This document shows, one piece after another, positions 49,585 through 62,267 of a stretch of 64,000 bases of DNA (positions are counted from its first letter, which is position 1; each line of letters begins with the position of its first letter). A program made the position numbers and the translations under genes. The notes under the pieces are model-generated. The model was not told the DNA's origin, ran no database searches, and worked only from the letters and a program-made list of their open reading frames with translations. Source of the DNA: Raja brachyura (lineage: Eukaryota); assembly GCA_963514005.1 (NCBI GenBank), contig OY740816.1, positions 17,794,001 to 17,858,000 of the forward strand, read 5' to 3'.

Positions 49585-49950
49585 GCAAAATGCTGTGGTA
49601 ACTCGGGAGAGAAGGAATGGGCGACATTTCGGGTCGACACTTCTTCAGACAAAGGGGATAGGGAGACTAGGTATATGGAAGGGCAAGGTGAAAACGACAC
49701 GAGTATACACGCGGAACTGCAGATGCTGGGGGGCATGACGAGGCGACGTTTCGGGTAGGGACCTCCAGAGAAGGGTTCAGTGCCCGAAACGTCGCCTATC
49801 CATGTCCTCCGCAGATCTAGACACAAGGAACTGCAGAGACTGTTTTTTAAGTGGATAACAAAGCCAGAAGGGTCCCGACCCGAAACATTGCCTATTCATG
49901 TTCTTCAGAGATGCTGCCTGACCTGCCGAGTTTCTCCAGTACTGTGTATT
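49585..49950. repeat. Cluster of pLTR-derived repeats in inverted orientation
   Basis: Hammerhead-like cores at about 49620-49649 (-), 49741-49760 (-), 49770-49797 (+), 49865-49893 (+); perfect 15-bp inverted repeat at 49741-49755 / 49783-49797. Confidence 0.75.
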
Positions 49951-50310
49951 CTGCAATAATAGGTCCAATATCCAGCAAGGTTTGGACTCCTACACAAAAC
50001 TAACCTCAACTGTGGACTGTCTTTGGGTGCACTGAATACTTTGTTTTTGTTTGCACTAGCATTGGGGATATTAATTTATTACATTTTGGTTTTATATATG
50101 TGGTTACCCGTTTGCTGTTGCACTTGAGGCCACTGCGGAGGCTACAAATCTTGAGTAAAAGTGCTGTAGTAACACAACAGGTCAGGCAGCATCTATGGAA
50201 GGAATAGAAGTTTTGGATCAGGACCCCGCTTACAATTTTTGTCCTGCCTCCCAGCTCTATTTTCCAGCATTCTTTCACCCTATTACAATCAGTGCCTTGA
50301 CCTGAAATGT

Positions 50311-52105
50311 TTAAGAAAGACTGCAGATGCTGGTAAAATCGAAGGTAGACACAAAATGCTGGAGAAACTTGGCGGGTGAGGCAGCATCAATGGAGAGAAG
50401 AAATTGGTGATGTTTCAGGTCGAGACCCTTCTTCAGACTGATGTCAGGGGAGGGGATAGGACAAAGAAAGAATGTATGTGGAGAATGAAGAGAGAGAGCA
50501 ATGACCACCTGAAGTTAGAGAAGTCAATATTCATGCCGCTGGGGTGTAAACTACCCAAGTGAAATATGAGAGCTGATCAGCGAAACGATCGCTGAGCCTG
50601 CGCTTGGTCTCGCCGATGTAGAGACTTTGACACCTGGAACAACGGGTGCAGTAGATGAGGTTGGAGGAGGTGCAAATGAACCTCTACCCCACCTGGAAAG
50701 ACTGTTTGGGTCCTTGTATGGACTCGAGGGGGGAGGTAAAGGAAAGGTGTTCCATCTCCTGTGGTTGCAGGGGAAAGTGCCTGTGGAGGGGTTGGTTTGG
50801 GTGGGAAGAGATGAGTTGACCAGGGAGTTACGGAGTGAATGGCCTCTGTGGAAAGCAGAACGGGGTGGAGATGGGAAGATATGGCCAGTAGCGGGATCCC
50901 TTTGGAGGTGGCGTATTATATGTTGGGGGATTATATGTTGTATACGATGGCTAATGGGGTGGAAGTTGAGGACAGGCGGGACATGCTCCTTGTTACGAGA
51001 GGGGGAGTGAGAGCGGAGCTGCGCGATTTTGAGGAGACCCTAGTGAGAACCCTCATCTATAATGGAAGAGGGGAACCCCCGCTCCCTAAAGAATGCTGGC
51101 TCGAACGGCCTACTCCTGCACCTATTGACTAATGAGGACACCTCCAATGCCGTGGTATGAAAAACTTCATCTTGGGCGCAAATGCGGTGTCGACTGAGGA
51201 ATTGGGAGTATGGTATAGAGTCTTTACAAGAAGAAGGGTGGGAAGAATTGTCGTCAAGATAGCTATGGGTGTCAGGTTTGTAGTAGATGTCGGTCAATAG
51301 TTTGTTTTCCTGTGCTGGAGACGGTGAGATCTAGAAACGGTAGGGAGATGTCGGAGAGGGTCCATGTGAATAAGAGTGCATGATGGGAATTAGTGGTGAA
51401 GTTGATGAAGTCAGTGAGTTTTGCATGGGCCCAGGAGACAGCACTGATGCAGTTGTCTATGAAGCGGAGGTAGAGTTTGGGGATAGGGCCAGTGTACGCC
51501 TGGAACAGGGATTGTTTGACGTACCCTGCAAAGAGGCAGGCATAGCTAGGGCCCATGTGAGTGCCCTTAGCTACGCCTTGGATCTGGAGGAAATGGGAGC
51601 AGTTGAAGGAGAAGTTGTTGTGGGTAACAACCAGCTCCGCTGGGCGGAGGAGAGTATTAGTGGACGGAAATTGGCTGGTTCTGCAGTCGAGGAAGAAATG
51701 GACAGCTTTCAGACCCTCCTGGTGGGGGATGGAGGTATAGATTGACTGGATATCCATATTAAAGATGGGAGAGTGGGGGGCTTGAAAACAGAAGTAATTA
51801 AAGAGACGAAGAGCGTGTGATGCGGCTTGGACGTAGGGAGGGATTGGACCGGGGGGGATAGGATGGCGTAGAGGAATGTGGAAATTAATTTGGTAGGGCA
51901 TGAACACGCAGAAACAATGGGTCTGTGAGGACAGTTCCGCTTGTGGACTTTGGGGAGACAATAAAATTGGGCCGTGCGGGACTGGGGAACGATAAGGTTG
52001 GAGGCTTTAGGGGGCAGAGAACGGGAAGTGATGGAGTCGGTAATAGTGTGATATTAACGCCTGGTGCTTGTCTGTGGGGTCATGGTCCAAGGATAAGTAG
52101 GAGGG
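50311..52105 (-). mobile_element. Penelope-like retroelement (RT + GIY-YIG endonuclease + pLTR), decayed
   Basis: MDIQSIYTSIPHQEGL, QIQGVAKGTHMGPSYACLF, YLRFIDNC, LPFLDL, TDIYYKP..HSYLD..S.HP..CKDSIPYSQF; YIGETKRRLSDRFA at about 50580-50621; terminal repeat with hammerhead-like core at 50406-50440. Confidence 0.9.
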
Positions 52106-52107
52106 GG

Positions 52108-53335
52108 TCAAGTCAAAAGAGTTTATTGTCATGTGTCCCAGATAGGACAATGAAATTCTTGCTTGTTGCAGCACAACAGAATATTGTAAGCAGAAATACA
52201 GAACAGTTCAGGTCAATATACACATAAATGAGCAGATAACGTGCAACAGGCTGTTACAGTTCGGAGTCTGTTGGCGAGTTTAATTGTCTGATGGCTGTGG
52301 GGAAGAAGCTGTTCCTGAACCTGGATGTAACAGATTTCAGGCTCCTGTACCTTCTGCCCGATGGTGGTGGAGAGATGAGTGCGTGGCCAGGATGGTGGGG
52401 AGGTCAGAGCCGATGATGGTCTGGGTACTGGTTACAACTTTTGCATCCTTTTCCACTCCTGGACGCTCAAGTTGCCGGACCAAGCGACGATGCAACCAGT
52501 CAGCATACTCTACTGTGCACCGAGAGCTCCAAGAGAGTGTTCTTTGACATACTGACTCTCCGTAGTCGTCTCAGGAAGTAGATGTGCTAATGTGCTTTCT
52601 TTATAATTGTATCCGTGTGCTGGGACCAGGAAAGCTCTTCGGAAATATGCACGCCCAGGAATTTGAAGTTCTTGACTCTTTCCACCATTGTCCCGTTAAT
52701 GTAAACAGGATTATAGGTTCCTATCCTACCCCTTCCAAAGTCCACAATCAGTTCCTTGGTTTTGCTGGTGTTGAGAGCCAGGTTATTGTGTCGGCACCAT
52801 TTGGTCAATCGGTCGATCTCACTTCTATACTCTGATTCGTCCCACGACAGTGGTGTCGTCGGCAAACTTGATGATGGAGTGCGACTATGTCTGGCTATGC
52901 AGTCATGAATATAGAGTGAGTAAAGCAGAGGGCTGACCACGCAGCCTTGAGGTACTCACGAGGCTGTCCTTGAGGTGCTATCGAGGATGCCACATTTCCA
53001 CCAATACGGACAGACTGGACTGTGGATGAGAAAGTCAAGAATCCAATTGCAGAGGGATGTGCAGATATCTAGATCTCAGAGCTTGGTAACCAGCTTGGAG
53101 GGGATGATTGTATTAAATGCCGAGCTGTAGTCAATGAATAACAGCCTGACATATGAGTTTTTGTTGTCCAAGTGTTCCAAAACGGAGTGGAGAGCCAGTG
53201 AGATCGCATCCACCGTTGATCTGTTATGGCGGTAAGCGAACTGCAGTGGGTCGAGGTAGGAGTTGATATGCGCCATAATCAATCTCTCAAACCACTTCCT
53301 TCACCACAGACGTTAGTGCCACTGGTCGATAACCA
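52108..53335 (-). mobile_element. Rex1/Babar-clade LINE, 5'-truncated, decayed RT
   Basis: [18 protein letters not shown]...[25 protein letters not shown]; SPLLYSLYIHDC; WCRHNNLALNTSKTKELIVDF; FKFLGVHISEELSWS. Confidence 0.9.
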
Positions 53336-53849
53336 TTGTCTGGGAGTTGTTATCTGGCCTCGGGTCAGCTCGCCAGACTACCACGACACCTCCACTGTCG
53401 GCGGGTTTGATGACCAAGTCGGGGTTGCTGCAGAGTGAGCGTAGGGCTGTACGTTCAGGGTGGGGGGAGGTTGGAGTAGGTAAGGGGAGTGGAAAATTTG
53501 AGGTGGCTGATGTCCCAGCGGCAGTTGGATCTGATGTTGCTTGTCCATTCCCTCCTCAAATGTCTGACTGGCGGACTTGCTCACATTTTGTGTTTTGTTG
53601 TTTATTAGTTAGTTCATACCCACAAGATTGTTGCTTTTGACCATTCCCTTAGCATTGCTAAAGCCTCTTGAAGCTTTCCTGAAACATTGGTTTCTGATGT
53701 GAAGATCAATCAAACATTAATGCTCAGCTACTCGGGCACCATATATCGTTTAGTAAACAAGGTGTTGAACGTACTAACATACCCACAGCACACAATGTCA
53801 TGAAGTTCTTGGCAGAATGGTCTCATCACGCTGGAAAGTATTCACGGAT

Positions 53850-54450
53850 ATCCACCAGCTTTCTTTTATGATTATTTTGGCAATTACTTGCACCAAGGGT
53901 CAATTTGCAGCAACCAGTCATCTTTTGAATCTGGGAGGAATTTTGAGCACCTGAAGTAAATCTGTATAGTGACAGGCGAACATGCAAGTTCCGCACAGCA
54001 AGCATCCGAGGTCCGGGTCTCTGGAGCAGTGTTGCCACTCTGATGTCCTTAATTGTTGAGTGTTTTATATATTTTTTAATTATTTGAGATTTATTGGATC
54101 TGTAATTTTAATTTTGCTCTTTCTGCACCTGCTCCTGAACATGCTTGTTCAGTAATGTGGGATCAGGTACTCTCAGGGGAGCCAGGCAGCACAATGGCGC
54201 AGCTGGTAGACTCCGTGCCAGAGACGGGGTTAATTCTGACTGTGTGGAAATGACAGGTTTTCCCTTTGACCGTGGGTTTTCTGCCGGCTGCTCCGGTTTT
54301 CTCTCGCGTTCCAAAGATGTGCTGGGTTGTAAGTTAATTGGCCTTAGTAAGTTGCCTGGTGTGTAGGGAGTGGACTTGAAAGCTGGATGACCAATAGCCA
54401 GCGTGAACGTGGTCGGTCAAAGGGCCTGTTTCCATTCTGTATCTTTTAAT
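53850..54450. mobile_element. Two HE1/V-SINE-like SINEs (decayed minus copy about 53850-54040; plus copy about 54180-54450)
   Basis: GGCAGCACAATGGCGCAGCTGGTAGA (A-box-like head), GCTCCGGTTTTCTCTCGCGTTCCAAAGATGTGC, GGGCCTGTTTCCATTCTGTATCT tail. Confidence 0.7.
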
Positions 54451-54914
54451 CAATTAATCAAAACTGAGGTTAGGAGGGCCGTGAGGAGGATTGACAGCAG
54501 GAGAAACAGATGTGCTCATAAATGTCTGATCAATTTAGTAATCTTGGCTTTTTAATATGCTTTTTGGAAGTTCATTGTTATCTAAATATTTATCTAATTG
54601 ATTTCTGGGCTGAAATTCATCTTTTATCACCTGTTGAAACAGATGTATGGGTAAATACCATACCGTCTCCACTGCATATGTCCTTCATATAAAAAGGGAA
54701 ACCACATGGGTAATGCAAAATGAATCTATCCCTGTTCTGTGATTTGAATGTTTTGAATTATGACATAGGTGAGGAGAATTGTTCTTAATTCTATGCAATG
54801 AAAAAACGTGGTTGATTTTGGTGATAGACTTGTGCGCTAGAATGCTTTTGCGGTTTTGTTGATTTGAAATTGATCCAGTTTAATAAACGTTGTACTTGTG
54901 TAGCTGGTGTGAAC

Positions 54915-57010
54915 TATGACCAAGTGGCACCCGTTGGGTCCCGTTCCCACAACGCAATATTCCACCACTCACCCATAGCCCCCCAACTGCGAAGGGGCGG
55001 CTGAGTTCCCGTTGTGACGCGAGTCATGGAAACCCTCCCTCAACTGCGCCTCGCCATACTTCTTCCTACCCCTATCCTCTATTCCCTCTCATCCCCCAGC
55101 TCCCCACCCCCCTCTTCATCCTCCCTATTCTTTCCCCTGTCCTACCTTCCCCCACTCCCTCCCTCGCCTCTCCTTTCTCCTACCCTCAGTCACCCCCTCC
55201 CTCCATAACCCTTCTCCCCTCTCTACCCCCCTCCTCTCCCTCTATCCCTCACCTTCCCCACTTCCCTCAACCTACCTATCACCTCCTCTCCCTTAATTCC
55301 CCACACACTCCCCCCTCACCTCCATAAAGGAAAGAAAGTACAACACTCCAGTTGCGCTTTTCAGAGGGACTTCTGTGGGGGGTGGGTTGGAGAGCCGACA
55401 AATTCAGCAAATAATTATTTTAAGTCTCAAACACATTTTTTTGAAGCATTGGGTTGAAAAGCCTTCATCGGGCCTATGTCATATCTGAATATTAAATATG
55501 AATTGTGTAACATTTACATTTTCCATTTTAACATCTTTCATCATTAATTTATAGAGCTCCTGAGATGTCTCCAACTTTATGTAACTGTAGTACTGCCACT
55601 TGTAAGTTTATTTTCATTGGTAGAATTCCAAGGCTTGTTTACTGTCCATAAACTAAATTTTCTTAATTTATAGTCCTTGCCATTGTAATTTTGTTCTTTT
55701 TGCGTGAAATCCAGCGTCCAGCTATCTCCCAATTTAAGGCTGTCTTTAAGTCTGTTGTCTGCTTTGTCTTGAAATTCATAAGAGGAGTATTCTTACTTGC
55801 TGCAACTTTACAGGCACATCAACACAGCATACTAACATGGTTGATGGCAAGAAGCAGGAGGTTATGATTCTCAAACTCTTGGGACCTGTGGTGGAGTATT
55901 GCGTTCGGGGACCAGCCCTCCCCTGTGACGCTGTGTGCCACCGCGTTGGGGAACGGGTCCCACTTGATCTAGTATGTGTATATATATATATGCTCCCGGG
56001 GCTCCCTCCCCCTTCTGTTCAGCCTCACTGTACCCCTCCCCCTTCTGTCAGGCATGAGATTTCCCCGTGGATTTTGAAATTCGTTAAGTCCAAATCTCTA
56101 TAAATCTATAAATGATTTTCTGCGAGTCTGCTGATCGAGGGCACCGAATGGACGAGAGGGACGTTGGTCGCAGGCAGTGGGGGGGCAGGACATGATGATT
56201 CAGCGTGATGTTTGGAGGAGGGTGGCGTCGGTCAGAGATGGAATTGGGGGTGCGGGATTGAGAATAGAGAGCGGTGATTGGCGGAGGGAGGTGACCGAGG
56301 TCGGGGCGAGGCCTGGCGGAGCGAATGGTGTAATTGCAGGGTACAATTATCAAACGGGAACACTGCCCGCCTTTTACCCCGCCGGGGCATTGCCCCTTGG
56401 AATCCCCATCTCTTTTTTCATTTTTTTCCTGTCTCATGCCTGTCCTGTTCAGCTTCACTCTGCCAGGACTAAGTGTTCTATGATTGCAACATTGTTGCAA
56501 ATGAGATCCCACTGTGACATCATAACTAACTGCCAGCAGCTGGCACAGCACGGTTATTGGTCTCGAAGTGGGAATTTGTAAGGCTAAAAATGTTAATAAC
56601 TTGTAAAATATAACATCAATCTGAACTAAACTTGTTCATTTTAGTGCTAGTGTGTACCGTTTTGGTGTAATTTCAGGATCATACAAACGGACAACCAAGC
56701 AAGATGAGAGTTTCAGTTATTTTTTTATATATATTATATTCACACATACACACGCGGCCACCACACGGGAGGTCTGGTCCCACAACGCAACCCATTCAAC
56801 GCAATAATTCCACCACTCACCCATAGCCCCCCACTGCGCAGGGCCTACTTATTTCGCCTTATTCACTCTCCCTCATTTTAAACTTAAAAAAATCAGTGTA
56901 CTGTGACTTTAAGAAAAATGCATTTGCACCTGTTAGGGCTTGCAGTTGGATAACAAGAATGTAGCGAGCAGGTCTACAATCTCAATAACTTGTGAAATAT
57001 AACATTAATA
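54915..57010. mobile_element. Composite of non-autonomous Helitron/Helentron(HINE)-like repeats
   Basis: Subterminal inverted repeats CAAGTGGCACCCGTT (about 54922) / AACGGGTCCCACTTG followed by CTAG (about 55952-55972); internal CCCACAACGCA...TTCCACCACTCACCCATAGCCCCC repeated at about 54946 and 56778; AATAACTTGT(A/G)AAATATAACAT at about 56595 and 56984; pyrimidine-rich tract 55055-55325. Confidence 0.5.
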
Positions 57011-57440
57011 GAAACCTAGAAAATAGGTGCAGGAGGAGGCCCTTCGAGCCAGCACCGCCATTCATTGTGAACATGGCTGATCGTCCGCTGTCAATAACCT
57101 GTGCCTGCCTTCTCCCCATATCCCTTGCTCCACTAGCCCCTGGAGCTCTATCCAACTCTCTCTAAAATCCATCCAGTGATTTGGCCTCCACTGCCCTCTG
57201 TGGCAGGGAATTCCATAAATTCACAAATCTCTGGGTAAAAAGGTTTTTTCTCGGCTCAGTCTTAAATGACCTCTCCTTTATTCTAAGACAGTGGTCCCTG
57301 GTTCTGGACTCGCCCAACATTGGGAACATTTTACCTGCATCTAGCTTGTCCAGTCCTTTTATAATTTTATGTTTCTATAAGATTTCCCCTCATCCTTCTA
57401 AACTCCAGTGAATACAAGTCTAGTCTGTTCAATCTACAAG
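57010..57440 (-). mobile_element. CR1 LINE 3' end
   Basis: AGAAACCTAGAAAATAGGTGCAGGAG tail; same family as 33820-34086. Confidence 0.8.
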
Positions 57441-57804
57441 CCTAGTATTTTCAATCTTCAATTATAATAAATATTTATGTACAATATGAATTGGAACACC
57501 GAATATGGGAGGGAGAGAGCAAGAGGATGAGAGAGAGAGGGGGGGTGGGCAGAGAGAGAGAAAGAAGAATTGTAATTTTGAAGGAACAACTAACTGTTAA
57601 ACTGCGCCCCCGAATTTCCTTTAAGTGGATGATTAGCCCATTTAACCACAGTTTTACACCCCCCCCCCCCCCCCCCCCCCCGCAAATCTCATGCCATCCT
57701 CCAGCCATTTCAACGGTAAAGTTATCTGCACTACGAATATATATTTATGTATCAGATGAAAAAAAGGCAACATTTAACATTCCGTTCCTGTGGGTTGGAG
57801 AGTA

Positions 57805-59020
57805 GCTAATGTTATCCCACTTTTTAAGAAATGCGGGTGAGAGAAAACGGAATTATAGACCAGTTAGCCTGACATCGGTGGTGGGGAAGATGCAGGAGTC
57901 AATTATAAAATATGAAATAGCCGCACATTTGGATAGCAGTAACGGGATCGGTCCAAGTCAGCATTGAATTTGCGAAGGGAAAATCATGCTTGACTAATCT
58001 TCTGGGATTTTTTGAGGATGTAACCAGGAAAATGGACATGGGAGAGCCAGTGGATGTAGTGTATCTGGACTTTCAGAAAGCATTTGATAAGGTCCCACAT
58101 AGGAGATTAGTGGGAAAAATTAGGGCACGTGGTATTGGGGGTGGAGTGCTGACATGGGTAGAAAATTGATTGGCAGACAGGTAACAAAGAGTATGGATTA
58201 ATGGGTCCCTTGCAGAATGGCAGGCAGTGACTGGTGGGGTACCGCAAGGCCCGGTGCTGGGACCGCAGCTATTTGTAATATACATCAATGATTTGGATGA
58301 AGGGCTTCAAAGTAACATAAGCAAATTTGCAGATGACACAAAGATGGCTGGCAGTGTGAACTGAGGAGGATTTTACGAGAATGCAGGGTGACTTTGACAG
58401 GTTGGGGTGTGGGCAGATGCATGGCAGATGAAGTTTAATGTGGAAAAATGTGAGGTTATTCACCTTGGTATCAAAAACAGGAAGGCAGATTGCTATCCAA
58501 ATGACTTCAAGTTGGGACAAGGGGAAGTACAATGGGATCTGGGGGGGTCCTTGTTCATCAGTCTATGTAAGGAAGCATGCAGGTACAGCAGGTAGTGAAG
58601 AAAGCGAATGGTATGTTGGCCCTTATAACAAGAGGAGTCGAATATAGGAGCAAAGACGTCCTGCAGTTGTACAGGGCTCTAGTGAGACCACACCTGGAGT
58701 ATTTTGTGCAGTTTTGGTCCCCCAAATTTGAGGAAGGACATTCTTGCTATTGAGGGAGTTTATCTTGGTTTACAAGATTACTTCCCGGGATGGCGGGACT
58801 GTCATATGCTGAGAGAATGGAGCGGCTGGGCTTGTACACTCGTTTAGAAGGATGAGAGGGGATCTTATTGAAACATATAAGATTGTAAGGCATGTAGGTG
58901 CAGCAGCAAGTGAAGAAAGCAAATGGTATGTTAGCATTAATAGCAAAAGGATTTGAGTATAGGAGCAGGGAGGTTCCACTGCAGTTGTACATGGTTTTGG
59001 TGAGACCACACCTGGAGTAT
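57805..59020 (+). mobile_element. CR1 LINE RT fragment with stops and frameshifts, followed by a short re-duplicated segment
   Basis: [69 protein letters not shown] (present twice: about 58680 and 58998). Confidence 0.9.
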
Positions 59021-61483
59021 GGCCTACACCTGCACCTATTTTCTATGTTTGATGATATTTGCATGCAGGAACTGGAAGCTCATGACCATCTCAATTCCAT
59101 CACCATTGATATAAGCATCCACTAGACCCCACTTCCTGAAGTTGATGACCAATTATTTTGTTTTGCTGATAAGACATATATTCATTCTATATCCCTCCTG
59201 TACTCTCTTGGCGTTGAGGTCTTTCTGCCCAGGTGACTGCCATTCTGATAGTCCATAAAAATGCAGCATCTGTGTTTCATGCATTTGCATTTTGTTTTTA
59301 AATGTAGGTTTAATTGTATTTCTAACTTACAACAAGCACTTTTTATGTTACAGAAAATAATCTCATTCTATTGCACAATCTTTAGGTCACTTTACATTTT
59401 TCACTTGATTATATATAATTATTTTTCTCTGGGTGATAATACTTTACAGATTCAATATGTTATTTCATTGTGTTTTGTATGGAACAATAGTTAAAACACA
59501 TTTCATTGTGTTTTACCTATTGCTTGTCCTTTGGGGGATAGGGTGGGGTGAATAGGATTATATGTCTAATTCAATTGCCAACCCATGCAACTACATCATT
59601 TGGCCAGTGAAAAGAAAAGCTTTGAATTTTTATATAGTTGCCATAAATTGTGATAAGAACGCTGGAGTTCATTGTTAATGAATACATTTCCTCAGTATTT
59701 TTGGCTTCTTCATATGTACAGTTAAATGTGGAAAACAAGGAGTTACAAGAATTTCCTTGCTTTATCAGGTTCTTGTATCTAAGAGTATCTTGCCAGGGAA
59801 CATAAGATTCAGAAGCATTAATGTTGATGCTTCAGTACTAGTATATCATATCCAAAAGGCTTGAAATTGTCAATTCAAAAATACATGGGATTGTCATACC
59901 ATGCTGATTCTTAAGTAGCCTTTACCAATTCTTTGCGACATGGTCTTTGAAAAATGTAAGAAATTGAGGATTTTTTAAGACTATTCTCTTGCACTTTGCT
60001 TTAGACTCTCAGTAAGGATGCCTTGCATGAAGGGACCCACAGTTGCTTGTTCTACTTATTTAATGGTACAGATCCACTCTGGAGAGTGCCATACTGTTTT
60101 GACTTATTATGAAAGATCAGAACAGAAACTTGCAGACTTTTTGTGGCAAGAATTGTCGTACCACGTTTGGCATACTACGTTATCCTGACCATGAAGTTTA
60201 AATGTATGTTCCCATGAACTAACTTGCCATCTATTAGAACTGAAATGCCCATTCCATTATTTAATCACAGTCGAGACATTCTCATAATTGATCTTATAAC
60301 TTGTCTCTGTCCCCTTTCCCCCTCTCTTGCTTTACTCCCATTCTTGCCCCCCTTTGACACTAGTGGAAATTATTTTTGTTGGCAGTCCACCAAGCAATCA
60401 TTCACTGTTTTACTGACCTGTGTAATTGCTGTCCTTTGCCCTCTGACTCGAAACAAGAGCTTGTGTCTATTTTCTATTATGTTTATATGCGGGGTCTCTG
60501 GCACGTCTGAGGGTTGAAAATCATCAGAATGGTGTTTTTTGAAATATCTGGCGTCAGTTTGCTTCTTCTAACTTCAACAGATTTAAATGGAAAATCTTCA
60601 AAGTATCTCTGTTCATGTATTCTCTACTATGCCAATGCAGTTGTGTGAACATGTTTTAATTGTGTGTGGGTAACTTTTGCAGTCATTGCTGCAGGCAGAT
60701 CTACTTACCGGAGAGAAAAACGTGTGTCTCTTCCTGTATATTCATACATGGTATTTTCCCTCTTGTCACATTCTGCTCCCCAATTTATAGATTTATATCA
60801 TTTATTGGGGTCAGTTTTTATCGGGTCTGCAATAGCAGCTTACCATTCATATTCGATATTCAATATAAAGTTCTATATTTAACTTTCTTGAAATTGCTCC
60901 TGTAATTTATTTTTCGCTGCTATGTGGTTATCTTCAATATATTTGAATTGTTCTAGTAATAAAGTATCTAATTTGTGATTTCTTATGAAGGTAAAGGCTT
61001 GTCACCCCTTACCACCCCCTACTTTTTTAATCTTATGTCCCAGTGTACTACTTATCAGACATACAGGACCACCCTAAAGGTTTAAATAACATTGATGTGA
61101 TAAACACCACAGATCAAGATAACCATCCAGTTAATTATGTTCACCTCATCACAAAATGCATTGCAAAAGGCACAAAACTATCTGGATGAGTAGGTGCTGG
61201 GAATTTTGTGGCCACCATATCTATTATATAGATATACGAGTTGTGTAATTAAATTGAAGATCATCATGAATTTACCAGTGGTTTTCACTGGTTCTGTTTT
61301 TAAAAAAATGTTATTTGACGACCGCCTCCAAGTGTTCATTGGCTAGACTTGCATGAACAGTGCTCATCTGAAGAAACAGTTGTACCCTGGAATTGTATCC
61401 TAATGTGGAGGAACATAAGTTGCTTTTTTATGTCATTAGTTGATCTAACCAACACAATTATTGTCTGATTCCGTTTCTTTTAG

Positions 61484-61531
61484 AGTACGGAGAGGATGAT
61501 TCTTGGAACGCAGGCGGAGACGATGGTCAAG
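61484..61531 (+). CDS. AKAP8: AKAP8-like paralog, coding exon 2
   Basis: 48 nt, phase 1-1, TTTCTTTTAG/GTGAAT; YGEDDSWNAGGDDGQ, homologous to 43030-43077. Confidence 0.85.
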
Positions 61532-61734
61532 GTGAATATCTTTTGCATTTTTATTAATAAGATCTAGCATGTGGGCTTAATGGGGTCAGAATTGTTCTCT
61601 TTAAAATATTTTACCTGCATAATACATTATGTATTGCATTTGAAGCAATATGATGTGAATGTAAAGTATTTTGTACAGCTCTTAATTCAGTCAACCGAGC
61701 TAATGAAGATATTCAAATTTGTAATGAAAGAGGC

Positions 61735-61910
61735 AAAGTGGTAAGCAGGTCAGTCATCATCTCTGGAGAACATGGATAGGTGATGTTTTGGTTTGGGGAC
61801 CAACCAGATGTGCCTGACAGAATGAAGAAGGATCATGACTGAAAAAGTTGCCTATTCATGTTCTCCAGAGATGCTGCCTGACCTGCTGAGATACCCAGCA
61901 CTTTGTGTGT
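61735..61910. repeat. Palindromic pair of pLTR-derived repeats (decayed)
   Basis: AGCAGGTCAGTCATCATCTCTGGAGAACATGGATAGG / CCTATTCATGTTCTCCAGAGATGCTGCCTGACCTGCT. Confidence 0.75.
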
Positions 61911-62053
61911 TTCGTTATGATCTCAATATTGGGTAAAGAGCAGAACCATCATGATCTGTTTAAATTGTGGGATAATTGATGGGTCTGTTTCTATTGTTGA
62001 GTTTGTGTTTTTATATTCTGAATATCTGATTGTGTGTATTTTATTCCTGTTAG

Positions 62054-62267
62054 GGTATGATGACTATGATTACAATTACAACCAAGATAATTCAGGAGAT
62101 TATTCAGGAAATTATGGCTATAACTCTGGCAATAAGGGTTGGGATGCTCCTAAAAACCCCAACACAGATTCCATCGTCGCTAAGATCAACCAACGCCTGG
62201 ATATGCTCACTCATCTAGAGTGTGATAACACACCAGGCTCTTCTCGGTCTTCAGGCCAATTCAACAG
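62054..62267 (+). CDS. AKAP8: AKAP8-like paralog, coding exon 3
   Basis: 214 nt, phase 1-2; YDDYDYNY...NTDSIVAKINQRLDMLTHLE. Confidence 0.9.

Noticed and set aside
54180-54250. tRNA gene
   Set aside because: The A-box-like head belongs to a tRNA-derived SINE; no cloverleaf
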